A stretch of 64,000 nt of DNA from Sarea resinae (Eukaryota). This document shows positions 63,421 through 64,000 of the stretch, piece by piece (position 1 is the stretch's first letter; each line of letters begins with the position of its first letter). Below the pieces are notes generated by a model. That model made no database searches, was not told where the DNA came from, and saw only the letters and a list, made by a program, of their open reading frames with translations. The stretch covers positions 62,001-126,000 of the forward strand of contig JAPEUD010000001.1 in assembly GCA_026026165.1 (NCBI GenBank), read 5' to 3'. The position numbers were made by a program, and so were the translations under genes.

Positions 63421-64000
63421 CTTCTCTCCGGCATTTTCCTCGTCGATTCACGCCCCGCTCTGAAGTTGCTCTGGTAGGGTCGCCTCCATTAACGAGATGA
63501 TGCTGCAACTAGAAAGTCCAAAAAGGAGTGAAAGGACAACATGGATGGCGATTTTCGCCCATCAATTTTCAGCGGCCGGTCATTATACACATGCAGTCTT
63601 CTCCTACTACGTTCTCAACCCTCAGAGGCGCTCGTTTGGTAGAGCAGATTTTCGACTTTCACGAAAAGATTCACGATTGCGGTAACGATGATCTTTCCGT
63701 GGCAGGATCGAAGGCGGACTGGACTTGAGGTGATGATTCAGACTTGATGAGGAGAAAGAGGAGTATAATGATGAGGAAGATGAAGGAAGGAGGGGAAAGG
63801 GAAAGGGTGATGAGAGAATTGGGGAAGAGACTGCGTAGCAGCAGAAGGCATGGTAGGCATGGTGAGAGAAGAAGGCCTACACAAGACCAAGGTAGGTAGG
63901 CGTGATACCCTCTACGAAATGTATAAACAGAGAACTGACTAGAGATAAGCCTCCAGCTACTTCGTGCACAGCACGAAGTACACGAAGTACATGGAAAGTA

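Overview
Eukaryotic DNA from a filamentous ascomycete (Pezizomycotina-type): short GT-AG introns with CTRAY branch points, about 50-55% GC and many microsatellites. I reconstructed about 16 spliced protein-coding genes by hand: a GH17 Bgl2/Bgt1 glucanosyltransferase, a DUF3431 protein, a 14-3-3-like protein, a 70-aa Cys/His-rich protein, a Myb-like protein, emp24/p24, a fungal luciferase (Luz/DUF5519)-family protein, a phenylalanine ammonia-lyase-family enzyme, a DUF3405 protein, an SRPK-like kinase, an epoxide hydrolase, a Ctf1beta/FarB-like Zn2Cys6 factor, a bZIP-DUF3425 factor, RPL1, ARF1, a CorA-like protein and a GPI-anchored Cu-only SOD. There is also a decayed ClC chloride-channel pseudogene and a candidate unannotated small membrane-protein gene. 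The most notable observation is the Luz-family gene lying head-to-head with a PAL-family gene that carries an atypical Asp at the substrate-specificity position. This may be an uncharacterised phenylpropanoid/oxygenase module, but hispS, h3h and cph are absent from the window, so bioluminescence is not implied. Other signals are a recurrent intergenic palindrome (T)ACTCCGGAGT(A), a 122-nt intronic poly-C tract, frame-breaking alternative 3' splice sites, TpA-rich RIP-like patches and local GC3 rises beside microsatellite zones. Family calls come from recalled motifs; no database search was run.
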